Assembly: GCA_001766815.1 (NCBI GenBank)
Contig: LYOS01000005.1
Span: 1-13,967 of the forward strand
Length of the DNA stretch: 13,967 bases
Source of the DNA: Candidatus Syntropharchaeum caldarium
GTDB lineage: Archaea; Halobacteriota; Syntropharchaeia; Syntropharchaeales; Syntropharchaeaceae
Direction of reading: 5' to 3'
The notes beneath the pieces were generated by a model. That model saw nothing but the letters and a program-made list of their open reading frames with translations, made no database searches and was not told the DNA's origin. Made by a program: the position numbers and the translations under genes. Positions 6,483 to 13,967 of this stretch are shown here, piece after piece (position 1 is the stretch's first letter; the number at the start of each line of letters is the position of its first letter).

Positions 6483-7475
6483 TCAATCACCGCCCGATCT
6501 ATCTCTTAGTAGCCGCGCCAGTGCATACGCAGGAAAAACAGATGAAATCTTCATTCCATAACGCCTGGATAATAAGATACACTCAAGACCGAGTTCTTCT
6601 GAAGCTTCTTTGATTACAAACTCGCCGATCCCGCCGCAAACAACCGTACTCAGGCCGTAACGCTCTGAGATCATACTTATAACTGATTGTATCTCGTTTT
6701 TCTGCGAGATGGCGATCTGCTCCGCTATATTCTGAATATTTGCCCACCCGAGTTCATCGGGATCTGAGCATACAAGCCTCGCAATCCTCCTTGCTGCATC
6801 CTCTTTCTGCTTGCCACCACACACCGCATAGGCATTGGGCGTATCGCATGTGTAATCCCGATCATTGATCTTCCCCAGAAGCAGATAGAGATCTGCCGTT
6901 ATTGCAAAAAGTTCCGATGCAACTCTGCACGAAACTCCATCAACATCCACCCGATCAATGATCGTTGCAAGATTGGTTCGAAGGATACCTGTGTAGATCA
7001 GTTCACCCCTCTTCAACCGCTCAAAGTCTGTTTTACCAGCCACGGGCACACCAGAGACGATGGGTATAATATCGGTCGTTGTGCTTCCCATATCAATAAA
7101 TATCACATCACCCAGCTCTTTTCCGATAAAACTTGATGATGCAACCCAGTTTGATGCAAAGAAATTTTCAGGATCTATCTTAACACAGGTTTGATCATGG
7201 AACTTTCCATCAACCCCAAAGAAGACTGCGTCCTCAGTAAGTTCTGATACAATATTTGCGATATAACGAACTCCCTCCTTTCTCGTTGGAAATGAATCTG
7301 CAAGCTCACATGTTAGTGTGATCCCAACTCCATCTGGCGCAAGTTCATCAAGAAAATGCTTAAGATGCCCTGCAAGATCGCAGCCTTCCCAGATCGGGAG
7401 ATAAACTGACTTTGTAAACCCTTCAGATGTTGCGATCTTTGTATTCGCACCACCGATATCCACGCCCATAAACAT
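6483..7475 (-). CDS. ASKHA/hydantoinase-A-like 'H4MPT-linked C1 transfer pathway protein' family (possible methanofuran biosynthesis MfnF-type enzyme)
   Basis: MGVDIGGANTKIA (phosphate-1 ASKHA motif), FIDMGSTTTDIIPI (second ASKHA motif) and VVCGGIGEFVIKEA. At about 330 aa, the size and motifs fit the COG1548/TIGR03123-like family found in methanogens. The MfnF assignment is from memory of MJ0840 and is not verified. Confidence 0.7.
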   Translation of the reverse strand: MFMGVDIGGANTKIATSEGFTKSVYLPIWEGCDLAGHLKHFLDELAPDGVGITLTCELADSFPTRKEGVRYIANIVSELTEDAVFFGVDGKFHDQTCVKIDPENFFASNWVASSSFIGKELGDVIFIDMGSTTTDIIPIVSGVPVAGKTDFERLKRGELIYTGILRTNLATIIDRVDVDGVSCRVASELFAITADLYLLLGKINDRDYTCDTPNAYAVCGGKQKEDAARRIARLVCSDPDELGWANIQNIAEQIAISQKNEIQSVISMISERYGLSTVVCGGIGEFVIKEASEELGLECILLSRRYGMKISSVFPAYALARLLRDRSGGD

Positions 7476-7582
7476 AAAACAATTACGTCCAAAATCTTTA
7501 TATATTGATATTATCTTCTAATTGACCCCAGATCTCTCTACTGATGGGACTAAAGATAAATACAATGGTTTAAAAACTAATA
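7476..7582. promoter_or_regulatory. Divergent AT-rich intergenic region with candidate archaeal TATA/BRE elements for both flanking operons
   Basis: tctttatatattgatatt (about 7494-7511) lies roughly 25-30 nt from the - strand start at 7475, implying a near-leaderless transcript. gataaatacaa and tttaaaaac (7555-7578) lie just upstream of the + strand start at 7583/7586. There is no transcript data. Confidence 0.35.
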
Positions 7583-9199
7583 TTGATGGGTAAAAGCCGT
7601 ATCATGGACATTCTCGCTCAAATCATTAGAGGTAAATCAGAGGAGGAGAATAACTCACCGAGCGATATAGAGACGCTTGATCTCCTCCATTATGATGTGC
7701 CGGAGGGTTATATCGAGGTTGAGCGAACATGGCTCAAAAAACCCTATGCCCTTGCTTCAATCCTCTTCAATGAAGCCGAGAACGAATACTACTATCACCT
7801 TGCAGAGCCGAAACTGACCCCTTTTGAGAAGGCCTTACTTGAGAAGACCTATGATGATCTGAGAGATGTGCTCGTGCTTGAAGGAGAAGTTGCACCTGAT
7901 GAGAAGGAGAAGGTCCTTGAACATCATGCGAAGGAGCTTTTGAATGGATATTCGATTGAAATCAATCCAGAATCACTTGAGAAGATCCTCTACTACCTCA
8001 AGCGAAATTGCATAGGCATCGGAAAGATTGATGCACTCATGGAGGATGAATTCATCGAAGATATCTCCTGTGATGGTGTAAATGTTCCGATCTTCCTTTA
8101 CCACAAACGTTACCAGAACATAAAGACGAATTTATCCTTTGCTGAGGATGAACTCGACTCTTTTGTGATTGTTCTTGCACAGAAATGCGGTAAACACCTC
8201 TCGATTGCCGAGCCAATGCTTGATGCCACGATGCAGGATGGATCACGTCTTCAGATCACACTTGGCAGAGATATTACAACAAGGGGTAGCTCATTTACGA
8301 TAAGACGTTTCGCATCACATCCATTCACCCCTGTGGATCTCCTGCGATATCAGACCTTCACAAAAGAGATGCTTGCATACCTCTGGCTCTGCATCGAGAG
8401 CAATCGAAGTCTCCTCTTTGCAGGAGGTACAGCAGCAGGCAAGACCTCGGCATTGAATGCAGTCTCGATCTTCATTCCACCAAATGCAAAGATCATCTCT
8501 ATAGAGGATACACGGGAACTTACGCTCTATCACGACAACTGGATTGCAGATGTAACCCGTGAATCCACTTTGAGCGGTGGTGCTCGCAAGATCGATATGT
8601 ACGAACTCCTGCGACACGCGCTGAGACAGCGACCAGAATATCTGCTCGTGGGAGAGGTGAGGGGCAGGGAAGCGCACACACTCTTTCAGGCAATGTCAAC
8701 AGGTCACACAACCTATTCCACGATACATGCGTCCACGATCGAGGAAGTGGTAAACAGGCTCAGGAATGAACCGATCAGTGTTCCGCTGATGATGCTACAG
8801 GCACTTGACATACTCTCCATTCAGCGGCTACTATATATAGAGAAGGGAGAGCGTGTGAGACGATGTGATGTGATAGCGGAGTTTGCAGGTATCGATCCTG
8901 CGACAAACAACATAAAAATAAACGAGCTTTACAGGTTTAACTCAGCAACAAATTCTTTTGAGAAGGTCTCAGACTCAATTGTGCTTGCAAAGATTCAGAA
9001 CCAGCGGGGGTGGAGTACAGCAGAACTTGAAGAGGATCTTAATAGAAGAGCAAAGTTGCTTGATTACATGCTTAAGAAGGATATGTGGGACTACAAGGAG
9101 ATCTCGATGCTCATACACAGATATTTCTACAATCCAGAGATGATTATGGGCATGATCGAAGAAGAGATCGGGGATGAAGAGGATGAACCTGATCGATAA
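7583..9199 (+). CDS. Archaeal type IV pilus/archaellum-type assembly ATPase (FlaI/ArlI-like, GspE/VirB11 superfamily)
   Basis: Walker A FAGGTAAGKTSALNA, Asp/Walker B region ALRQRPEYLLVGEVRGREA, His box TGHTTYSTIHA, and an N-terminal YYYHLAEPKLTPFE typical of FlaI-like proteins. The start could be TTG 7583, ATG 7586 or ATG 7604. Confidence 0.9.
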   Translation: MMGKSRIMDILAQIIRGKSEEENNSPSDIETLDLLHYDVPEGYIEVERTWLKKPYALASILFNEAENEYYYHLAEPKLTPFEKALLEKTYDDLRDVLVLEGEVAPDEKEKVLEHHAKELLNGYSIEINPESLEKILYYLKRNCIGIGKIDALMEDEFIEDISCDGVNVPIFLYHKRYQNIKTNLSFAEDELDSFVIVLAQKCGKHLSIAEPMLDATMQDGSRLQITLGRDITTRGSSFTIRRFASHPFTPVDLLRYQTFTKEMLAYLWLCIESNRSLLFAGGTAAGKTSALNAVSIFIPPNAKIISIEDTRELTLYHDNWIADVTRESTLSGGARKIDMYELLRHALRQRPEYLLVGEVRGREAHTLFQAMSTGHTTYSTIHASTIEEVVNRLRNEPISVPLMMLQALDILSIQRLLYIEKGERVRRCDVIAEFAGIDPATNNIKINELYRFNSATNSFEKVSDSIVLAKIQNQRGWSTAELEEDLNRRAKLLDYMLKKDMWDYKEISMLIHRYFYNPEMIMGMIEEEIGDEEDEPDR

Positions 9200-11105
9200 G
9201 ATTGGATACAGGCTTTTTGGAAAGTGGGTCCTCAGAAAGAAGCTTTACTACATAGGACTTCAAAAGAAGCTCAGGCAGTCCCAGATACACCAGCCATTTG
9301 ACCAGTATGTTGCTTCAGCGATCATCTACTCATTGATCTCTGCTGTAATCGGGGGAATTCTTGGCTACCTCTTTGCACCCACACTTCTTGCCATGATCGA
9401 GTTCTATGCACCGATCTTGAATATCCATCTTTCAGGTTCGTTCAGATGGCTTGCGCCGCAACGGGATCTACTGGTAACACTCATCACATCCACGATGCTC
9501 TTCCTAATCTTCTGGCAGGTGACCTACCGATTGATCCTCTTTTATCCCACACTACTTCTCAGTCTGCGAAAAGATGAAATAAATCTCATTCTGCCACATG
9601 CTGCAAGCTTCATGTATGCCCTCTCAAAGGGCGGGATGAACCTCCTTGATGTTTTCAGATCACTCGCATCACACAAAGGGATCTACCATGCAGCATCAGA
9701 AGAGGCGGCACAGATCGTACGGGATGTCGATTATCTGGGGTGCGATCTCGTGACTGCACTTCATAACGCAAGTAAAACATCTCCGTCAGAGCGTTTCAGG
9801 AGTTTTGTAGAAAATATGACCTCTGTGATCGAGAGCGGGGGTGACATAACCGAGTATCTTGGAAAAGAAGCGAAAAACTATCAGGAAAATGCAGTGGAGG
9901 AGCAGAAGTCGTTTCTCGAGATGCTTGAACTCATCGCAGAGTCTTACGTCACGCTCTTTGTTGCAGGCCCCATATTCTTCATCGTTGTGATCGTACTCAT
10001 GGGAATGATGGGTTCGGTCTATGTAAACCTCCTGTATCTTGTCATCTATGCCGTAATCCCGATCGGATCCATTGCATTCATCGTTCTGCTGGACTCGATC
10101 TCAAGATCCGTAAACGAGAGGCGAGGGGAGATAATAAAAACCAGGAGGCGGATCGACGTTTTCAGGGATGTTGAAGAGATCGAAACCGATCCAGAGGACG
10201 AGGCAGAGCTTTTTAAGGCATTTAAATGGTATGAGAGATTGGAAAAACCAGCGTCACTCCTGAAACATCCACTGCATGCATTTCTCGAAAAACCTGTGAG
10301 GGTACTTTATTTTTCGTTTCCCCTCTCAGTTATCCTGCTGTTTTTCACACTCAGACAACTTGAGAGTTTTACACCTGCTGCAATCGATGATTATATTCTA
10401 CTCGCTCTTTTTGTGGCACTTTTACCTTTCACCATCGTTTATGAGGCGAGAGAGCGGATCGTGAAGGCAATTGAGCGTGCTGTACCCGATTTTCTCAGCT
10501 CACTTTCGAGTGTAAGTGGTGCAGGGCTCACACTGAAACGTGCAATTGAAACTGTGCTCAGAACAGATCTTGGGGTACTCACAAGTGAGATCAGGAAGAT
10601 AAAAGGTGATATGGAGTGGGGAAGTTCAACCCAGGATGCACTCTACAAGTTTGAAGAGCGCCTGAAAATCGGAGCAATATCACGTGCTGTAACATTGATC
10701 GTAAAAGCTTCAGAGGTTTCAGGTGACATTAGAGAAGTTTTATCCATCGCAGCAAAGGATGCAGCAACAACAGAGCGATTGCGCGAGAACAGGTACTCAA
10801 ATACAGTCATCTATCTCATCATTATCTACATCGCCTTTGGGGTATTTCTCGGAATACTGTATGTAATCTCTGCGGTCTTTCTCCCTTTGATGCCCTCCTC
10901 AGAATCGATTCCACTCCAGAATGCTGCAGGTTCGTACATCAATGCAGAAGCATATAAACTGCTCTTCTTCCATGCCGTCCTGATTCAGGGCTTCTTCTCA
11001 GGACTCATCGCAGGTAAGATAGGAGAGGGTAGTCTCCTGAGTGGTATAAAACACGGTCTTATCATGATTGCAATTGGCTACACGCTCTTCACGCTCTTTC
11101 TCTAA
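9174..11105 (+). CDS. FlaJ/ArlJ/TadC-like polytopic membrane platform protein (two T2SS-F domains)
   Basis: 643 aa with repeated architecture. Two cytoplasmic helical domains (LPHAASFMYALSKGGMNLLDVFRSLA... and VPDFLSSLSSVSGAGLTLKRAIETV...) are each followed by TM clusters. It overlaps the ATPase gene by 26 nt, the canonical ATPase-platform pairing. Confidence 0.85.
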   Translation: MKRMNLIDKIGYRLFGKWVLRKKLYYIGLQKKLRQSQIHQPFDQYVASAIIYSLISAVIGGILGYLFAPTLLAMIEFYAPILNIHLSGSFRWLAPQRDLLVTLITSTMLFLIFWQVTYRLILFYPTLLLSLRKDEINLILPHAASFMYALSKGGMNLLDVFRSLASHKGIYHAASEEAAQIVRDVDYLGCDLVTALHNASKTSPSERFRSFVENMTSVIESGGDITEYLGKEAKNYQENAVEEQKSFLEMLELIAESYVTLFVAGPIFFIVVIVLMGMMGSVYVNLLYLVIYAVIPIGSIAFIVLLDSISRSVNERRGEIIKTRRRIDVFRDVEEIETDPEDEAELFKAFKWYERLEKPASLLKHPLHAFLEKPVRVLYFSFPLSVILLFFTLRQLESFTPAAIDDYILLALFVALLPFTIVYEARERIVKAIERAVPDFLSSLSSVSGAGLTLKRAIETVLRTDLGVLTSEIRKIKGDMEWGSSTQDALYKFEERLKIGAISRAVTLIVKASEVSGDIREVLSIAAKDAATTERLRENRYSNTVIYLIIIYIAFGVFLGILYVISAVFLPLMPSSESIPLQNAAGSYINAEAYKLLFFHAVLIQGFFSGLIAGKIGEGSLLSGIKHGLIMIAIGYTLFTLFL

Positions 11106-11160
11106 TTGCGAAGTGAATAAGATGGAAAAGGGTAAAAACTAATTATAATCCCCAACAAAA

Positions 11161-11367
11161 CTAAATCCACGATGGGATAAACTTTTCGATCCACGACTTA
11201 GCAAATGATAAGCTCTCTGCAAGCCTGCTGAATCTTCTTTTTATGCTCTTCCATATAAACTCGATCGGGTTGAGGTCAGGCGAGTATGGTGGGAGGTAAA
11301 CAAGATACATCCCGAGCTGCTCGGGCTCTTTGTGGATGATCCTGTGCTCGAGATCGAGCCTGGGCGA
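11161..11367 (-). pseudogene. C-terminal remnant of an IS630/Tc1-mariner-type DDE transposase
   Basis: My own - strand translation is SPRLDLEHRIIHKEPEQLGMYLVYLPPYSPDLNPIEFIWKSIKRRFSRLAE...SWI*. LPPYSPDLNPIE...W..(I/L)K is the signature around the third catalytic residue of IS630 transposases. An in-frame stop at 11368-11370 and non-homologous sequence beyond it show that about 270 N-terminal codons are missing. Confidence 0.8.
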
Positions 11368-12029
11368 TCATCGAGGGGTCTGTGAGGGAGTGGGGTGTGA
11401 ACGCATGTGTGTCTCATTTTTTTTAAGAATGGCGGGTGTAGGTTAGGTCAATAGTTGGGTTGGGTGCGACGTGCTTTGGGAATTATGTATGGTAAGTATG
11501 TAATCTTATAGATCCGTCCTCACCAAGTTTAGAATATACAAGGGAGGATAAACAAAAAGATTTACGATGACCTACAATTTCAAGCGCCCTCTATCTTTGC
11601 GAGGAACGTAAGGAGTGTGTAGTCTTGAAATTTTTGACTTTATAAACCCTACCTCTCATTCCCCAACCACCTTATCAATCAACACAACTTTGAGGGGGTG
11701 GGTTGCATCAGATATCCAGTCTGCAATCGGATTAGCTGACCTACCCACGCGGTCGGGTTTGGCTGCTGGCTTTAATAAAACCTCTCCTAAACTCTCTCAA
11801 GTCTTTCTGGGTGGAGGGGAAAGAGTTACAATTCATAAAGGTTGAAGGATCTGGGAGAATTATGATGAATGATGCAGTTTTTGTCAGTTTAAAGGCCCAA
11901 GGCAAACTCACTGGTTTAGGGTGCTACACTTTTAAGGGTTTATGAGGGATGAGTTGTTTGGGGGTGTGTCTTGGCGTTCATATAGCTTCTTGAATTCTTC
12001 AAGAGAAGATTTTAGGTCGGGATAATCTT

Positions 12030-13094
12030 TTATACAATTTTTCTCATACTTCCAGAGCGAATCTCGCCAATCTCCTTCTCGATCTCTTTCAGATCCCTGA
12101 TTACAACATTAACCCTCTCAGGCATATATTCTGCCGTAGCTGCAGCAATGCACCATAAACCTTTTACAGCCCTTTGAAGCACTGGCCACTTTCTTGATTT
12201 ATCTGATGCTGTAGCAATCATAACCAACCCTTCTTGAGCCACGCCTACCACATTTTCCATAGCACCATCTCTAAGAGCTTTATATCCAATATCCCTCAAT
12301 CCTTCTATAGATTCAAAACATATCCCAGCCAGAAGACCATTTTTAACTTCGATCTTGGAAGCTTTATATCCGATATCTCTCAATCCTCTCGCTGCAGATA
12401 GTGAAGCGTCTTTGAATCCCTTATCAACGCTCTCAACTCCAATCTCTTTCAAGCCTCGCCACACTATGCGATAAGTTACATGATATAAACTCCTCTCTTT
12501 GAGTGAATTTTCGCCAGCATCTGTAAGTATCATTATCACGCTCTCCACGACCCCTTCATGAAACTCCTTAACCGCACTTTTACCAATCTCACTCAGCTCA
12601 TCAGCCCTGTTCAATGCTCTTGCTTTATCTTTTACGGCGATAACCTCCATAATCTCCTCAAATAGGTTTCCAACTCCAATTTCGTACTTTAAAAGCCGGT
12701 TAACATCTGTCAAAAACGGAAGTAATGAAAATACACAGAAGACCGCAATAATAATTGATGCAATCACTCCTATGAAAAACCAATCAAATGTTAAAGCCAA
12801 AAGCGGTACAATGATCCCGATTCCAAAAACAAGCATCAAGATAATCGTTCTAGGTCTAAATATAATCTTATCCATCGCTGTATACTTTCTTGTCATCTGA
12901 GCTACTACCAACGTGATCGTAAAAACAAGAGCAAGTATGGCAGCCAACCCCTGAGAGATCGCACTCAGTATATACCTTGCATTCTCATGATCGATGCTTG
13001 AAAGACGAGATAAGATGCAGAAAACTACAATTGACGCAATTATCGGTAAAAACCACCCATATCTTTTCAACTTATCTTCAATGCTATTCCACAC
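12030..13094 (-). CDS. Orphan membrane protein: N-terminal 4-TM domain plus a cytoplasmic alpha-helical HEAT-like (PBS-lyase-type) repeat domain
   Basis: 354-aa ORF with a GTG start. Four hydrophobic helices: FLPIIASIVVFCILSRL, ILSAISQGLAAILALVFTITLVVAQ, IILMLVFGIGIIVPLLALTF and FFIGVIASIIIAVFCVFSLLPFL. The C-terminal half has five 23-28-aa repeats of the form A..GL+.IG..A (GLKEIGVES, GLRDIGYKAS, GLRDIGYKAL, GLVMIATAS, GLWCIAAAT). I recognise no catalytic motif. Confidence 0.7.
   Translation of the reverse strand: MWNSIEDKLKRYGWFLPIIASIVVFCILSRLSSIDHENARYILSAISQGLAAILALVFTITLVVAQMTRKYTAMDKIIFRPRTIILMLVFGIGIIVPLLALTFDWFFIGVIASIIIAVFCVFSLLPFLTDVNRLLKYEIGVGNLFEEIMEVIAVKDKARALNRADELSEIGKSAVKEFHEGVVESVIMILTDAGENSLKERSLYHVTYRIVWRGLKEIGVESVDKGFKDASLSAARGLRDIGYKASKIEVKNGLLAGICFESIEGLRDIGYKALRDGAMENVVGVAQEGLVMIATASDKSRKWPVLQRAVKGLWCIAAATAEYMPERVNVVIRDLKEIEKEIGEIRSGSMRKIV
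12277..12387 (-). repeat. Two 27-nt near-identical in-frame repeats (2 mismatches) 84 nt apart within the membrane-protein gene
   Basis: gctttatatccaatatccctcaatcct (12277-12303) versus gctttatatccgatatctctcaatcct (12361-12387). Both encode GLRDIGYKA, one 28-aa repeat unit apart. Confidence 0.85.
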
Positions 13095-13111
13095 ATCTCT
13101 TTAATCTATCC

Positions 13112-13243
13112 TTAACCTTTTAAGATCTTTCTTCTACCATTCTTATTCCCCTCCATCTTTTCAATCTCCTGTTCCAACCTCTCCCGCTTTGCGACCTCTT
13201 TCAGATGAGTTTCCATCAGTTCGTCGGATACTTCCGTCCTCAT
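13112..13243 (-). CDS. Hypothetical 43-aa highly charged small protein (below the ORF-track cutoff), 17 nt upstream of the membrane-protein start
   Basis: ATG at 13243, TAA at 13112-13114. The translation is MRTEVSDELMETHLKEVAKRERLEQEIEKMEGNKNGRRKILKG. It is on the same strand as, and tightly spaced with, gene 12030-13094. A TATA-like TAAATAT (plus-strand 13294-13300) lies about 50 nt upstream. Coding status is unproven. Confidence 0.3.
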   Translation of the reverse strand: MRTEVSDELMETHLKEVAKRERLEQEIEKMEGNKNGRRKILKG

Positions 13244-13332
13244 TCTTTTTAGTGAAGTTGGTACCTTGATCCTTGATCCTGTTGAAAGCGTGGATATTTA
13301 CATTCACAAATCAAAAGGGTTTTGGGACATAA

Positions 13333-13967
13333 TTACCTCACCCTGATTGCAAAGATATTGTGCCACAGCCCGATAGCAAATAAAGCCATCTCTCTTCTAT
13401 CTTCTCTCTTCTGCCTGATCAACCAACCAAATCTCCTCTTATCTGCTGAAAAACCTGATTCGCTCAAATTTCTCTTGAAGTATCTCTTCAAAAACTTATA
13501 GGGAGTCTCAATAATCCTTTCTATAACCCTCAACCAGTCAAAACCAATCTTTGACAGGTTCTTCTTTGGAATCACATAGACAGCAGTTTCCTTACCAAAC
13601 ATCTTTAAAGTCTTTCTTGTGCTGTAATACTTATCCAGGGAAATAGAATTCATTTTCACTCCCATTTCCTTGAGCATCTTCATTGCTTTGTTGAATGCAT
13701 CCTTCTCTGACCTGCTTGAGTAACCAAATCCAACATACATTCCCATATCAATGTCTATTATCCTGAAAACATATCTGAAGTCCTTGCCTTTCTTCTTAGG
13801 GTTGGTTCTGTAGTGCTTTGTAACAGTTAAGCTGTATCCGGTTCCATCTCCTGCAAACTCACCTGAGATGCCTTCCTCCCTCAACAACAAAATAAAGAGG
13901 TTGTGCAGAGCAAGCTTAACTTCTTCATCTGAATACAGTCTTTCTATCGTTTTGTAGCTGACTTTGA
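13333..13967 (-). mobile_element. DDE transposase gene (IS4/IS5-superfamily-like), 5' part lies beyond the right window edge
   Basis: The tracked ORF is 13333-13890, but the frame stays open to 13967 (..KVSYKTIERLYSDEEVKLALHNLFILLLREEG..). Candidate DDE triad contexts are GDGTGYS, SLDKYYSTRKTLKMFGKETAVYVIPKKN and YFKRNLSESGFSADKRRFG (the Y..R...E..F...K pattern of DDE_Tnp_1-type enzymes). The exact IS family was not determined. Confidence 0.75.

Noticed and set aside
11430-11480. tRNA-like opening gcgggtgtaggttaggtcaatag...
   Set aside because: It superficially resembles an acceptor/D-arm start. I could not build a cloverleaf: there is no GTTCRANNC T-loop, no complementary 3' acceptor strand and no proper D-stem.
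11615-11845. 76-aa + strand ORF in the non-coding stretch
   Set aside because: It has a non-ATG start, no RBS or promoter context, and an odd Ser/Thr/Gly/Leu composition with no motif. I treat it as a chance open frame, and the region is reported as unexplained DNA instead.
11988-12004. Perfect 7-bp hairpin (tcttgaa-ttc-ttcaaga) centred on a GAATTC palindrome, 25-40 nt downstream of the membrane-protein stop on the - strand; a possible terminator
   Set aside because: It is not followed by an oligo-T tract on the transcribed (-) strand, and archaeal termination relies mainly on T-runs. The stem is short and AT-rich, so I did not call it as a feature.
11862-12025. Two 27-codon + strand mini-ORFs (MMNDAVFVSLKAQGKLTGLGCYTFKGL and MRDELFGGVSWRSYSFLNSSREDFRSG)
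   Set aside because: They are very short with no supporting context or motif, and cannot be told apart from chance. The second one overlaps the hairpin region.
1-13967. CRISPR arrays, rRNA genes, or large tandem or inverted repeats
   Set aside because: On inspection I found no regularly spaced direct repeats and no rRNA-like segments. The only repeats seen are the short in-frame duplications inside two genes and a tandem heptamer at 13264-13277.

Overview
The window looks like an archaeal, methanogen-type chromosome segment. Supporting genes are formylmethanofuran-dehydrogenase-like subunits, RNase P protein Pop5, an H4MPT/methanofuran-pathway ASKHA protein and a FlaI/FlaJ-like pilus pair. 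AT-rich TATA-type intergenic regions and many short gene overlaps fit this too. Positions 1-11105 are tightly packed core genes. On the + strand these are a secreted lipobox FKBP isomerase, a DUF211 protein, LeuD-like, HisC, a Nudix hydrolase, a VIT1/CCC1-like membrane protein, and an FwdG-like/FwdB-like/FwdD-like trio. Pop5 and an MfnF-like ASKHA protein converge on the - strand, followed by a divergently transcribed type IV pilus-like ATPase plus FlaJ/TadC-like platform protein. Positions 11106-13967 are an IS-scarred accessory stretch. It holds a C-terminal IS630-type transposase remnant, about 660 bp with no credible ORF, and an orphan 4-TM protein with HEAT-like repeats preceded by a 43-codon charged ORF. 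A DDE transposase runs off the right edge. No rRNA, tRNA or CRISPR array was found. The most unusual items are the FwdB-like protein, which appears to lack the conserved Cys/His metal-ligand pair and sits in a G/B/D-only cluster with a domain-fused FwdG, and the IS-flanked membrane repeat protein with its adjacent non-coding DNA. All family assignments come from motif recognition by eye, with no database search.
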